From: Deltaproteobacteria bacterium
GTDB taxonomy: Bacteria; Desulfobacterota; Syntrophobacteria; BM002
Length of the DNA stretch: 64,000 nt
Direction of reading: 5' to 3'
NCBI GenBank assembly: GCA_037384945.1
Contig: JARRNM010000016.1
Coordinates: 6,913 to 70,912, forward strand
Part shown: one piece after another, positions 1 through 9,523 of the stretch
How the letters are laid out: every line of letters starts with the position of its first letter
How positions within the stretch are numbered: position 1 is the stretch's first letter
Notes under the pieces: model-generated
Databases searched by the model: none
Told to the model about the DNA's origin: nothing
Seen by the model: the letters and a program-made list of their open reading frames with translations, nothing else
Translations under genes and position numbers: made by a program

Positions 1-947
1 AACCTCTTGACGTAAACATTTATCTCTTCTTGCATTTTCCTTTGCTTCAAGAATTGCTCGAGCCTCTCCTTAACATCGTCGTAAGACATCATTATTTCAG
101 GTTTTTCATCTGTAACCTTGATGAGATGATAGCCGAATCTGGTTTCAACCACGCCACTCACTTCACCGGGTTTCAGAGCAAACGCCGCATCTTCAAAAGG
201 TTTCGCCATCTGCCCGCGGGTAAAGTATCCTAAGTCTCCACCCTTGGGGCCACTTGGACCCTCAGAGTATTCTTTGGCAAGAGCGCCAAAGTCCTCACCT
301 TTCTTAAGCTTTGCTTCTACCAAGTCGATCTTCTTCTTGGCTTCAGCTTTTTGCGAAGCCTCTGCCTTGGGATCAACTTTGATCAAAATATGACTGGCCT
401 TCACCCGCTCAGGCTGCTTGAAGGCTTCGGGATTGTTGTCATAGAAAGCTCTGATTTCATTGTCCGTGAGCTTAACTCCTGGAGCAACTTCATCGTCGAT
501 TAGTTTTTTCAGGGAGAGGTCGCGCTCGAGTTTTTCTTTTATGCTGGCCTCGGTTAGGTTCATTCTAGTGAGAGCCTTGGTGAATTCTGCTTCATTTGGA
601 AATTGGGCTTTCAATTCGATAAATTGTTCATTAACTGTCTCTTGGGAGATTTTGATGCCCTTTTTTTGACTTTCCTGGTAGAGCAACTCGCGGGCGATCA
701 AGTTCTCGAGGACTTGGCTTCTCAGTTGATCAAGGTGTGAAACATCGGGAAGACGACCTGATGCTCTCAGCCGATCGACGACCATGTTCATCTGAGAATC
801 AAGCTCTGCCTGAGTTATAACTGTGCCGTTTACCATTGCCGCTTTGTCTTTCGGCGGTGGGGCTTCTTCAGCAAATACAAAGCTTGTCAGGGCCGTAAAA
901 AACAGAAGAAGAACAAATGAACTAACTCTCTTTGTGCGCATTGCCAT
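1..947 (-). CDS. Secreted parvulin-type peptidyl-prolyl cis-trans isomerase (SurA/PrsA-like); C-terminus lies beyond the window edge
   Basis: Absent from the ORF track because no stop lies in the window. My minus-strand translation from the ATG at 947..945 gives MAMRTKRVSSFVLLLFFTALTSFVFAEE (signal peptide), then ERVKASHILIKV, GGDLGYFTRGQMAKPFEDAAF and GYHLIKV (PpiC rotamase motifs). Confidence 0.85.
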   Translation of the reverse strand, partial: MAMRTKRVSSFVLLLFFTALTSFVFAEEAPPPKDKAAMVNGTVITQAELDSQMNMVVDRLRASGRLPDVSHLDQLRSQVLENLIARELLYQESQKKGIKISQETVNEQFIELKAQFPNEAEFTKALTRMNLTEASIKEKLERDLSLKKLIDDEVAPGVKLTDNEIRAFYDNNPEAFKQPERVKASHILIKVDPKAEASQKAEAKKKIDLVEAKLKKGEDFGALAKEYSEGPSGPKGGDLGYFTRGQMAKPFEDAAFALKPGEVSGVVETRFGYHLIKVTDEKPEIMMSYDDVKERLEQFLKQRKMQEEINVYVKR

Positions 948-1019
948 CACTCCTTGATTGATTCTATCCTGGACTATTTCTGGAACTTTGTAGGTTTGAC
1001 CTTGGCGAGAGGAATTGGT

Positions 1020-1261
1020 TCACTTGCCTTCTTTCTTTGCAATGTAGCGCCGAAGAGGGCAGGTGCAATAATGCGATTCGGCATAGCCCAATGAAAATAC
1101 GCAATCACTTGGATTTTCCTCCAAGCACTTCAGATAAGATTGCATACCAACGTCTGCGGCTTTGCAAAGAGTCTTGAACCCGGACTTGTAGCAGAAAAAT
1201 CCTTCGGGCAGTTCATCTGGCCAATGATCTTTTTAACCTTTCTCTGGGTGGATTCTTCCAT
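1020..1261 (-). pseudogene. Small Cys-rich protein, reading frame broken at an A5/T5 run (1195-1199)
   Basis: Frame A reads MEESTQRKVKKIIGQMNCPKDFS and then stops after junk. The -1 frame continues CYKSGFKTLCKAADVGMQSYLKCLEENPSDCVFSLGYAESHYCTCPLRRYIAKKEGK* but has no start of its own. One extra T in the T5 run would join them as ..MNCPKDFFCYKSGF... Confidence 0.45.
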
Positions 1262-1528
1262 ACCCACGTGCTCCCATGAGTTTCCTAGCATACCATAGTT
1301 TCCTGGATGATTAAATAATGGAAGTGAATGAGGAATTACCGGAGACAAGCTTCGCGGAAATGATGAAGTTCTGCCATCGCCCGTCATCTTGGTCCCGCAT
1401 CCCCTATGCCTCGGGATCTCCCCTTCGCTCCGACAAGCTGCGGGGGAGAGTTTGACGGGAATCCGGGCAGGTCAAAGCTTTAAGGCATTGAAAGATTGAG
1501 TTATTGAACGGTCTCTATCTATGCAAAC

Positions 1529-2728
1529 CTAGCTTGCAGTTACTCCCCCAGCCTTCTCCTGCTTGGCCTTTATGTAAAGAGGAGACATATTTCGCAGTGT
1601 CTGAACCACATCCTCCAGGACACCAAGGAAACGGTCAATCTGAGACTCTGTGGTGTCACGGCCAAAAGTAATCACCAAGGTTCCTTGGGCATCAGCAAAG
1701 TCGCGACCGATGGAAAGCAAGACGTGAGAAGCTTGCAAGGCTCCAGCAGCACAAGCGGATCTGGTGGATACAGCGATATTTTCCTCGTCCAACATCAGGA
1801 CGATCCCCTCTCCTTCGATGTATTTGATCGAGACCGAAACCAGATTAGGCAGCGAAAACTGTGGATGTCCGTTTAGGAAAATGTGTTCGATCCGTGTTTG
1901 CAGACCCTGGATTATTTTATCTTTAAGCTTTTTTGAGTGCTTGATGCGGAATTCCATTTGTTGCTCTGCCAATTCGGCGGCAACACCCATGCCAATGATA
2001 CCGATGAGATTCTCCGTGCCGGCCCTCTTGTTATTCTCCTGAACCCCTCCATCCAAAAGAGGCCATATCCTGGTACCTCTCCGGATGTACAAGCCGCCCA
2101 CCCCAGATGGTCCGTAAAACTGGTTGGCAGCAAAGCTAAGGAGATCGACCCCAAGCTGCTGAACGTCCATTGGAACAACACCTACTGAATCCACCCCATC
2201 GGAATGAAAGATAACCTTCTTTGCTCTGGTGATCTCAGCAATCTCCTCAATGGGTTGAATGGTGCCAATCTCATTATTACTGTGCATGATGGAAACCATG
2301 ATGGTGTCATCCCTTATAGCATCAGCCACATCAGCCGGGTTGACCCGCCCATATTGGTCAACTGGCACCGAAGTCACCCGGTAATCCATCATTTTCAAGG
2401 CTCTAAGAGTTCTGAGAACGGCATTATGCTCGATGTTCGAAGTAACTATGTGTTTCCCCTTGTTTGCGTTGGCGAATGCTACCCCTTTGACCGCATGATT
2501 GACAGATTCCGTGCCGCTTGAGGTGAAAACCACTTCTTTTTCCACCGGGCTATTTATCAGCCTGGCCACCTGTTCCCGCGCTAATTGAAGAGCAGCCACA
2601 GCCTCATCCCCGAGTTGGTGTTGACTTGAAGGATTGGCGTAATTTTTCTTGATAGCATCTATCATGGCCTCCTGCACTTCAGGCAGGAGGGGATTAGCTG
2701 CAAGATAGTCTAAATTTATAATGCTCAC
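1529..2728 (-). CDS. IscS/NifS-family (class V aminotransferase fold) cysteine desulfurase homolog lacking the canonical PLP-lysine
   Basis: 399 aa. Family motifs are present: TSSGTESVNHAVKG, SIMHSNNEIGTIQP, GTENLIGIIG and STRSACAAG (active-site Cys loop). At the position of the S-G-H-K-x-Y-G-P motif the sequence reads SFAANQFYGPSG, so no Lys. It sits adjacent to the IscU gene. Confidence 0.85.
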   Translation of the reverse strand: MSIINLDYLAANPLLPEVQEAMIDAIKKNYANPSSQHQLGDEAVAALQLAREQVARLINSPVEKEVVFTSSGTESVNHAVKGVAFANANKGKHIVTSNIEHNAVLRTLRALKMMDYRVTSVPVDQYGRVNPADVADAIRDDTIMVSIMHSNNEIGTIQPIEEIAEITRAKKVIFHSDGVDSVGVVPMDVQQLGVDLLSFAANQFYGPSGVGGLYIRRGTRIWPLLDGGVQENNKRAGTENLIGIIGMGVAAELAEQQMEFRIKHSKKLKDKIIQGLQTRIEHIFLNGHPQFSLPNLVSVSIKYIEGEGIVLMLDEENIAVSTRSACAAGALQASHVLLSIGRDFADAQGTLVITFGRDTTESQIDRFLGVLEDVVQTLRNMSPLYIKAKQEKAGGVTAS

Positions 2729-2750
2729 TGCAAGTCCTCCACTGACAGGA

Positions 2751-3263
2751 TTAGTGTTCCACTTCCAACTCTCGGCCGCAGTTGGTACAAACCGGCGCCT
2801 TATCCTCAGTCTCTACATCACAGTAGGGGCAGTAACATACGTCTCCATGGCTGTGTTCATGTTTGTCGGTTCTCTTGGCTGCTCCTTTGGTTATGCCGGC
2901 CTTTCTGTTCAAGTAGTTCTGAATAGCCATGTGCAGGGCATCAGCACCAAGATTGGAACAGTGGAGCTTGTTCTTTGGCAGACCCGCGAGTGCCTCAGCA
3001 ACTGATTTATTGGTGATTTGCTGGGCCTCCACTATGGTTTTGCCTCTGGCCATTTCAGTGATCATGCTGGAGACAGCTATGGCAGCGCCACAGCCGAAAG
3101 TGAGAAAACTGATGTCATCAATGTAGTCGTCCTTGACCTTGATGTAGATAGTCATCATGTCGCCACATATAGGATTTCCCACTTCTCCAACACCGTCTGC
3201 ATCCTTCATCTCGCCCACGTTTCGAGGATTTTTGAAGTGATCCATTACTACTTCTGAGTACAT
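2751..3263 (-). CDS. nifU: IscU/NifU-type Fe-S cluster scaffold with a C-terminal CxxC..CxxC zinc-ribbon tail
   Basis: MYSEVVMDHFKNPRNVG..GNPICGDMM..FGCGAAIAVSS..LHCSNLGADAL carries the three conserved scaffold Cys. The tail is GDVCYCPYCDVETEDKAPVCTNCG. I chose the start at 3263 because AAGGGAGG lies 7 nt upstream; the track start at 3326 is probably too long. Confidence 0.9.
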   Translation of the reverse strand: MYSEVVMDHFKNPRNVGEMKDADGVGEVGNPICGDMMTIYIKVKDDYIDDISFLTFGCGAAIAVSSMITEMARGKTIVEAQQITNKSVAEALAGLPKNKLHCSNLGADALHMAIQNYLNRKAGITKGAAKRTDKHEHSHGDVCYCPYCDVETEDKAPVCTNCGRELEVEH

Positions 3264-3595
3264 GAAAGTACCTCCCTTATATTTCATGGCCAAGTTTGGT
3301 ATGTTATAAATAAGGTAAGTAACCATCGCCCAATGTCAACGGCGCTTGCTCCTATTAGTGCTCCATCCCCACGAAAAAATGACTAGCCTAAAAAACACTC
3401 GGTAAGCCAGTAGCAGAGTTGCCGTGTCGGAGAAGATTACGGTGAAGAAATTCAATGGGTTACCAAATCCTATACACCTGATAGTTCTCAATATAACACT
3501 CGAAGAGAGAAGATAGAAGCGGCTGGTACGAAGCGGTTGGGATTTAACTCTGTTTGATAAAATCAAAAAAAGTATTGATTTTCTCTCAAGTTCCT

Positions 3596-3625
3596 CTTGA
3601 AAATTGCCCGGAAATTCTTATTTTG
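3596..3625 (+). promoter_or_regulatory. Possible sigma-32-type promoter upstream of cbpA
   Basis: Perfect CTTGAAA at 3596-3602, then about 13-14 nt, then TCTTATTT, a weak match to CCCCATNT. An inverted repeat TCAAGttcctCTTGA overlaps the -35. Confidence 0.3.
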
Positions 3626-3791
3626 ATAGTAATCAGTGATTACACCAAATAGTGTATTATATTGAATTGCTAGAGAAATATGCACGGTTAACAACCGATT
3701 TCTTCGTTTGGTAGTCATCGAGAAAGCTCTTTGCTTTTAGAGGCTTGCGCTCATTCTCGGAAGTTTGTTCCGAATAATTAGGTGAGGCTAT

Positions 3792-4757
3792 ATGTCAGTG
3801 AAGTTTCAAGATTACTATGAAATCCTCGGTGTGAATCGCCATGCCACCGAAGATGAGATAAAGCGGGCTTATCGCAAGTTGGCCCGCAAATACCACCCTG
3901 ACGTCAACAATGACAAAGGGGCCGAGGAGAAATTCAAGCAGATAAACGAAGCCCACGAGGTACTCAAGGACCCGGAGAAGCGAAAACTCTACGACCAGTT
4001 GGGCTCTAACTGGCAGGCGGGCCAGGACTTCAAGCCACCTCCAGGCTGGGAAAATGTACGCTTCGAGTTTGGCGGTGGGCCCGGCGCGGAAACATTTGAT
4101 TTCGGTGGCGGTTTCAGCGATTTCTTCGAGACGCTCTTCGGTTCACGCATGGGTGGTGGAGGTCGTGCCAGTGCTAGGCAAGGTACGTGGGTGATGCCTG
4201 GACAGGACCACGAGGCGGAGATCGAGATTGACCTCGAGAGCGCCTATCATGGGACCACAAGAACCTTAACTTTGCAGGGACACGAGATCGATGCTCAGGG
4301 GCAGGTGCGTCCCACGGTCAAGAACATGCAGGTAAAGATACCACCGGGAGTTATCGATGGTACCCGCATCCGCTTGGCAGGTAAGGGAGGAGAGGGTATG
4401 GGTGGTGGCCCTCCAGGCGATCTCTACCTCAAGGTGCATATTGAGCCCCATCCACGTTTTACCTTAGACGGACACAACCTCCAGGTGGAGGTACCCGTAG
4501 CCCCTTGGGAGGCCGCTCTAGGTGCCACGGTGCAGGTGGTGACCATGGACGGCGCGGTAAACCTCAAGGTGCCACCCGCTAGCCAGAGCGGACAGAAGCT
4601 GAGGTTGCGCGGAAAAGGGTTGCCCAAGAAAGGTGGTGAGCGGGGGGACCTGATTGCCCGGCTAAAGATTGTGCTGCCTAAAAATCTGACTGCAAAGGAA
4701 AAAGAGCTCTTTGCAGAGATGGCTGACATATCTCATTTTAACCCGCGGAAAGGGTAG
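3792..4757 (+). CDS. cbpA: J-domain co-chaperone of the CbpA type (DnaJ homolog without the zinc-finger domain)
   Basis: 321 aa. N-terminal J domain [21 protein letters not shown], a G/F-rich linker and DnaJ C-terminal domains. There are no CxxCxGxG repeats. Confidence 0.85.
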   Translation: MSVKFQDYYEILGVNRHATEDEIKRAYRKLARKYHPDVNNDKGAEEKFKQINEAHEVLKDPEKRKLYDQLGSNWQAGQDFKPPPGWENVRFEFGGGPGAETFDFGGGFSDFFETLFGSRMGGGGRASARQGTWVMPGQDHEAEIEIDLESAYHGTTRTLTLQGHEIDAQGQVRPTVKNMQVKIPPGVIDGTRIRLAGKGGEGMGGGPPGDLYLKVHIEPHPRFTLDGHNLQVEVPVAPWEAALGATVQVVTMDGAVNLKVPPASQSGQKLRLRGKGLPKKGGERGDLIARLKIVLPKNLTAKEKELFAEMADISHFNPRKG

Positions 4758-4762
4758 GGAAA

Positions 4763-5098
4763 ATGGGGAAGATGACCACCGTTCGATATCAGATTGTACA
4801 CTATAGGTATGAAAGCCGGCCCGCATCGGAGGAGCTACTTTCTGTGGGGGATTTAGCACGGCTTGCCCGTTTGCACCCGGAAATGGTGGATAGATTGATA
4901 GACTGGGGATTGATTGATCCAGTCGAACGTGAGCCTCAGTTACGGTTTCCCGAGACAGCGGTACCGAGGATCTGGCGAATCATGCGGTTGCGTCGGGACC
5001 TTGGCATCAATTGGGCCGGGATTGGTGTGGTTTTAGACCTCTTGGATAAGATTGACCGACTGGAGCGAGAGAACGCCCGGCTTCGCAGGCAATTATGA
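4763..5098 (+). CDS. cbpM: MerR-like chaperone modulator (CbpM/HspR-like)
   Basis: 111 aa immediately downstream of cbpA. It has a MerR-type HTH segment (LSVGDLARLARLHPEMVDRLIDWGLI) and a C-terminal coiled coil. Confidence 0.6.
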   Translation: MGKMTTVRYQIVHYRYESRPASEELLSVGDLARLARLHPEMVDRLIDWGLIDPVEREPQLRFPETAVPRIWRIMRLRRDLGINWAGIGVVLDLLDKIDRLERENARLRRQL

Positions 5099-5172
5099 AG
5101 AACTTGGCGGTAAAGGTTGCGCGTTATCTTGGAGTACTGGAGTGTTGGGAAAAGCCAGAGCCCGAATTTCAA

Positions 5173-5202
5173 CTTGAATAGTTCCTTATCCTTACTCCAT
5201 TA
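5173..5202 (+). promoter_or_regulatory. Probable sigma-32-type heat-shock promoter for clpB
   Basis: CTTGAAT at 5173-5179, a 15-nt spacer, then CTCCATTA at 5195-5202 (7 of 8 match to CCCCATNT). It lies about 100 nt upstream of the clpB ATG. Confidence 0.5.
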
Positions 5203-5303
5203 CTCCAGCAGAATAACGAATCAATGAAAGACCAGCTCTGGGGACAGCCCAAAGCCAAGTCCCTTGGGACTGGAATCTTTACTCCTAGGAGGAATCTTAA
5301 AAT

Positions 5304-7940
5304 ATGGACCCGAACAAATTAACCCAAAAATCTCAAGAAGCGCTTAATGCCTCGCAAACCAAGGCTTTACGTTATGGTCATCAGGAAGTTGATGGTGAGC
5401 ATCTCTTTTTAGCGCTCCTCGAACAGCCTGAGGGGTTGGTGCCCCGTCTTTTCAGCAAGATGGACATTCCTGTCGAACAACTGAAGGCTGAGGTAGAGGC
5501 CGAACTGCAGAAGCGGCCGAGCGTCTCAGGACCGGGGACTGAGGCGGGAAAGATCTACGTGACCCAGCGACTCAACCGTGTGTTGATGAAAGCCGAGGAG
5601 CAAGCCGAAAGACTCAAGGATGACTATGTTTCAGTTGAACACCTTATTCTGCCGCTCATAGAGGAAGGAAATTCCACTGCCACCGGGAGAATCTTAAAAA
5701 GCTTCAATGTCACCACTGACCGCTTTCTGCAGGCCCTTACCGAATTGCGGGGCCATCAAAGAGTTACCAGTGCCACGCCTGAGTCGACCTACGAGGCTTT
5801 AGAGCGCTACGGTCGAGAGCTGGTAAAGGAAGCGAAGAAAGGGAGGCTTGATCCGGTAATCGGTCGCGATAGCGAGATTAGACGAATCATTCGTATACTA
5901 TCTCGAAAGACCAAAAACAACCCCGTCCTTATTGGAGAACCTGGCGTAGGCAAGACCGCCATTGTTGAGGGACTGGCTCATCGCATAGTGAAAGGGGATG
6001 TTCCTGAAGGGCTCAAAGACAAGACCATCTTTGCCCTCGACCTGGGTGCCCTGGTTGCGGGGGCCAAATATCGCGGTGAATTCGAAGAGCGGCTCAAAGC
6101 GGTGCTGCAGGAGATCAAAGAGAGCGAGGGCTCCATTCTGCTCTTCATTGATGAGCTCCACAATATTGTCGGCGCTGGTCGGGCCGAAGGCTCCATGGAT
6201 GCAGGCAACATGTTAAAACCCATGCTTGCCAGGGGTGAACTTCACTGCATCGGCGCCACCACGCTGGACGAGTATCGGAAATATATCGAAAAGGATGCTG
6301 CCCTCGAGAGGCGTTTTCAGCCTGTGCTGGTAGATCAGCCCACAGTGGAAGATACCATAAGCATTCTCCGGGGTCTGAAGGAGAGATTCGAGGTACATCA
6401 CGGCGTAAGAATTCAGGACAGTGCCCTGGTGACGGCTGCAGTGCTTTCCAATCGCTACATCAGTGACCGGTTTTTGCCTGATAAGGCCATTGACTTGGTG
6501 GACGAGGCCTGTGCCACTATTCGTACGGAAATGGATTCCATGCCCGCGGAACTGGATGAGGTGACCAGGCGGGTAATGCAGCTAGAAATTGAAGAAGCGG
6601 CGCTGAAAAAGGAAAAAGATACGGCGAGTCAAGAAAGGCTGAAGACCCTGCGCAAGGAACTGGCTGATCAGCGGGCCAAAGGGGATGCCATGAGGGCCCA
6701 ATGGGAGACGGAAAAGGCTGCCATCCACAAGGTCCAGGCTCTGCGAGAAGAGATCGAGAAACTACGGTATGAAATCTCGGTGGCCGAGCGCAGGTATGAC
6801 CTGAACCGGGCGGCGGAGTTGAAACACGGGCGGCTCCCCGAAGTGGAACGAAAACTCAAGGCGGAGGAGGCTAAGCTGGCTGATAAACAGGGCAATGGCC
6901 GGTTGCTGAGGGAAGAGGTCACCGACGACGAGATTGCGGAGATTGTTTCGCGCTGGACCCATATCCCGGTGACCAGGTTGGTGGAGGGAGAGCGGGAGAA
7001 GCTGCTCAAACTCGAGGAACACCTCCACAAGCGGGTAGTGGGTCAGGATGAAGCAGTCAAGGCAGTGGCTGAGGCAGTGCTGCGCTCTCGCGCCGGAATT
7101 AAGGACCCCAACCGTCCGGTGGGTAGCTTTATCTTCCTTGGGCCCACTGGAGTGGGAAAGACCGAGCTCGCTCGAGCTTTGGCTGAGAGTCTTTTCGATG
7201 ATGAAAACAACATGGTGCGAATCGACATGAGCGAGTACATGGAAAAGCATACGGTTGCTCGTCTCATTGGGGCTCCGCCGGGATATGTGGGTTATGAGGA
7301 AGGTGGTCAACTCACCGAGGCAGTGCGGCGCAAGCCTTACTCGGTAATCCTTTTCGACGAGATCGAAAAGGCCCATCACGAGGTGTTCAGCATCTTTCTC
7401 CAGATAATGGATGATGGTCGGTTAACCGACGCCCACGGGCGCACCGTGGATTTCAAAAACTGTATCATAATCATGACCTCCAACGTGGGCAGCCAATATA
7501 TCCTAGAGGCCGCCAATGGGACTTACGAAAGGATGCGCTCGCGAGTGCTTGAGGCCATGCGCCAGCATTTTCGCCCTGAATTTCTTAACCGAGTAGACGA
7601 GATTCTGGTATTCCACTCCCTCACTCAGGAGCAACTGGCGCAAATTGTAGACATTCAGGTGGTCTGGTTAAAACGACGGTTGGCGGATAGGAGAATTGAA
7701 CTAGAGTTTTCCCAGGAGGCCAAGAGCTTGTTGGCCGAGAGAGGCTATGATCCGGTATATGGGGCGAGACCTCTTAAACGGGTAATTCAGAGAATGGTGG
7801 AGACACCTCTGGCGAAGAAGATCATGGCCGGAGAGGTACCAGATGGCAGCAGTGTGGTTGTGAACACTGATGAGCAAGGACTTGTGTTCAAGGTCACCTT
7901 GCCGGAGCAGAAGAAGGAAGAAGTTTTGGAGGCAGTCTAA
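5304..7940 (+). CDS. clpB: ATP-dependent disaggregase ClpB
   Basis: 878 aa. Clp N domain, two AAA+ modules ([13 protein letters not shown] and [14 protein letters not shown]) and a long middle coiled coil. Confidence 0.97.
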   Translation: MDPNKLTQKSQEALNASQTKALRYGHQEVDGEHLFLALLEQPEGLVPRLFSKMDIPVEQLKAEVEAELQKRPSVSGPGTEAGKIYVTQRLNRVLMKAEEQAERLKDDYVSVEHLILPLIEEGNSTATGRILKSFNVTTDRFLQALTELRGHQRVTSATPESTYEALERYGRELVKEAKKGRLDPVIGRDSEIRRIIRILSRKTKNNPVLIGEPGVGKTAIVEGLAHRIVKGDVPEGLKDKTIFALDLGALVAGAKYRGEFEERLKAVLQEIKESEGSILLFIDELHNIVGAGRAEGSMDAGNMLKPMLARGELHCIGATTLDEYRKYIEKDAALERRFQPVLVDQPTVEDTISILRGLKERFEVHHGVRIQDSALVTAAVLSNRYISDRFLPDKAIDLVDEACATIRTEMDSMPAELDEVTRRVMQLEIEEAALKKEKDTASQERLKTLRKELADQRAKGDAMRAQWETEKAAIHKVQALREEIEKLRYEISVAERRYDLNRAAELKHGRLPEVERKLKAEEAKLADKQGNGRLLREEVTDDEIAEIVSRWTHIPVTRLVEGEREKLLKLEEHLHKRVVGQDEAVKAVAEAVLRSRAGIKDPNRPVGSFIFLGPTGVGKTELARALAESLFDDENNMVRIDMSEYMEKHTVARLIGAPPGYVGYEEGGQLTEAVRRKPYSVILFDEIEKAHHEVFSIFLQIMDDGRLTDAHGRTVDFKNCIIIMTSNVGSQYILEAANGTYERMRSRVLEAMRQHFRPEFLNRVDEILVFHSLTQEQLAQIVDIQVVWLKRRLADRRIELEFSQEAKSLLAERGYDPVYGARPLKRVIQRMVETPLAKKIMAGEVPDGSSVVVNTDEQGLVFKVTLPEQKKEEVLEAV

Positions 7941-8016
7941 CCCAGCTGGCAGCTGGCAGCAGACGGCTGGCAGTAAATGGAGTAGCTTTGCTGCCTGCGG
8001 CCAGCTGCCAGCTGTT
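7941..8016. repeat. Heptamer array (CAGCTGG family) followed by its reverse complement, giving a long imperfect hairpin between convergent genes
   Basis: Starts at the base after the clpB stop: CAGCTGG CAGCTGG CAGCAGA CGGCTGG CAG ... CTGCCTGCGGCCAGCTGCCAGCTG. Confidence 0.85.
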
Positions 8017-8023
8017 GATTTAC

Positions 8024-8269
8024 TCAGCGACTTTCTTTCCTGAGCTCTTCCACGGCGGTCTGATATAAATTGCGTAATTTATTCTCGTTGCTAACCATGG
8101 TACGGCTGATCTTTCCGAAGTGGTCCTTTAGAATTCCGCTGGCCTCATCCCAACTTCCATGTAGTTGCGTAGGGTCAATTTTTGCCTCCCGCAGTTTTTT
8201 CTTGAACAGATCGATCATCATCCGATCCTTCATCTCGCCCACGTCGGTGATCCCGTCATTTTTTTCCAT
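8024..8269 (-). CDS. Hypothetical small protein (81 aa)
   Basis: ORF only. Charged and helical-looking, with no motif I recognise. Confidence 0.4.
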   Translation of the reverse strand: MEKNDGITDVGEMKDRMMIDLFKKKLREAKIDPTQLHGSWDEASGILKDHFGKISRTMVSNENKLRNLYQTAVEELRKESR

Positions 8270-8601
8270 GGCAAACCCCCCCGGTCTGAGATTCCGCTAG
8301 AAGTGTAAGATTCCGCAGCCAGTTCCACGAGAAGTCCTAGGCCAGAATGTAAGGTATTGTTTCATTAGAAACTCTTGATTCAAGCGACACGTCATAGAAA
8401 GGGACTCATCTCAAGTATGTAATGTTACCTTATCCCACTAGGAGTGTGCAATAGTTTTGTGAATAGCTTAACAATTAGCATAATTAGATGGGCGATCTCA
8501 GATTACCTATCCACTGTCGGGATTTGTTTCGGCTTTTCTGGGATGGATCAAAGACAATGGACCACAAAGAAATATAATGCCTTTTTAAGGCTTGAATTAG
8601 G

Positions 8602-9264
8602 ATGGCCCATCCTCTAATCTGTTGCAACGAGGAGGAAATCGTCCTCATGCCGGAAAACAAGGGAGCTATTGATTTTCTTCGAGAGCACGGAGAGACTTCT
8701 CTAGTCAACCTGGGATGTGGTCTCATGGTCAACAGGATAGACAATCACCTTCGGCTCATGACCGCATTGCATCTTACTTATTACGTAGGCATAGACTGTC
8801 TTCCGGGGATTGTACAGGTTTCTCCCGATCTTTTCTTGGACCCTGACGGTATGACAAGGTTGCTAAGCGACTACTACCAGGGCGAACCTCGCCGGTTCTG
8901 GGCAAATGTTAGACTATTTCCTGAGACCTGGGTGGAGGAACTGAGAAATATTCATTGTGCTGTGGTGGTATGCCAAAGGGTGTATCCACACTGCCGCTGG
9001 GAAGAGGTTATCTTCTCCATGAGTCCGAAATTGGTGCTCCAAGAGGATCTTCATGGTTGCGAACGACAGCAACTTCGAGGGAAGAAGTACGTTCGAACCT
9101 GGGCAGAGAAAAAGTACTATGGCCTTAGACCCTTCAAACCTTGGCCGATTTTTCCAGGAGAATATAATCTAATACTTTGGCGCAGCCGCGATTTTGAAGT
9201 GGATGGGATTGTTGAAGGTAGGGGGAAAATACTTCGACGACTGCGCGAATGGGTGATGGGATAA
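8602..9264 (+). CDS. Hypothetical protein with a weak SAM-methyltransferase motif-I-like segment
   Basis: 220 aa. The VNLGCGL and YYVGIDC spacing resembles motif I and post-I of class I methyltransferases. The start is uncertain (8602 or 8647). Confidence 0.45.
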   Translation: MAHPLICCNEEEIVLMPENKGAIDFLREHGETSLVNLGCGLMVNRIDNHLRLMTALHLTYYVGIDCLPGIVQVSPDLFLDPDGMTRLLSDYYQGEPRRFWANVRLFPETWVEELRNIHCAVVVCQRVYPHCRWEEVIFSMSPKLVLQEDLHGCERQQLRGKKYVRTWAEKKYYGLRPFKPWPIFPGEYNLILWRSRDFEVDGIVEGRGKILRRLREWVMG

Positions 9265-9523
9265 CCAGTCAGCATGGGGCATAGAGCATGGAGCGTGGAG
9301 CATGGAGCCAGAGGTCGGAGGTCGGAAGTCAGAGGACAGACGACAGCAAGCAGCGTCGTTATCCGTTATTAGTTACTCGTTGCACGGATGATCTGTCCTT
9401 ATGAGTTGTCGTGAAGCCTTCTACGATTTCTACGGTTTCTACGATTTGAACGACTTCAATGGCTTGAACGACTTTAACGGTTTCTAAACATTTTAGGCAT
9501 TTTAGACACTTCAGGCAGTTGCC
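9265..9523. repeat. Spacer made entirely of drifting tandem repeats: about 21 heptamers, then 11 nonamers
   Basis: 9271-9417 parses as AGCATGG GGCATAG AGCATGG AGCGTGG AGCATGG AGCCAGA GGTCGGA GGTCGGA AGTCAGA GGACAGA CGACAGC AAGCAGC GTCGTTA TCCGTTA TTAGTTA CTCGTTG... 9418-9516 parses as CTTCTACGA TTTCTACGG TTTCTACGA TTTGAACGA CTTCAATGG CTTGAACGA CTTTAACGG TTTCTAAAC ATTTTAGGC ATTTTAGAC ACTTCAGGC. The array ends at the ATG of the next gene. Confidence 0.9.

Noticed and set aside
3340-3370. CIRCE (HrcA operator) near TTAGTGCTC
   Set aside because: Only a half-site-like match was found. No inverted partner GAGTGCTAA lies 9 nt away.
6762-7379. 205-aa and overlapping 120-aa minus-strand ORFs
   Set aside because: They are antisense to clpB and are shadow ORFs. 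The same reasoning applies to 21873..22418 (antisense to the LysR gene), 26422..27027 (antisense to qrcC), 32479..33018 (antisense to mazG) and 50328..50846 (antisense to tsaD).
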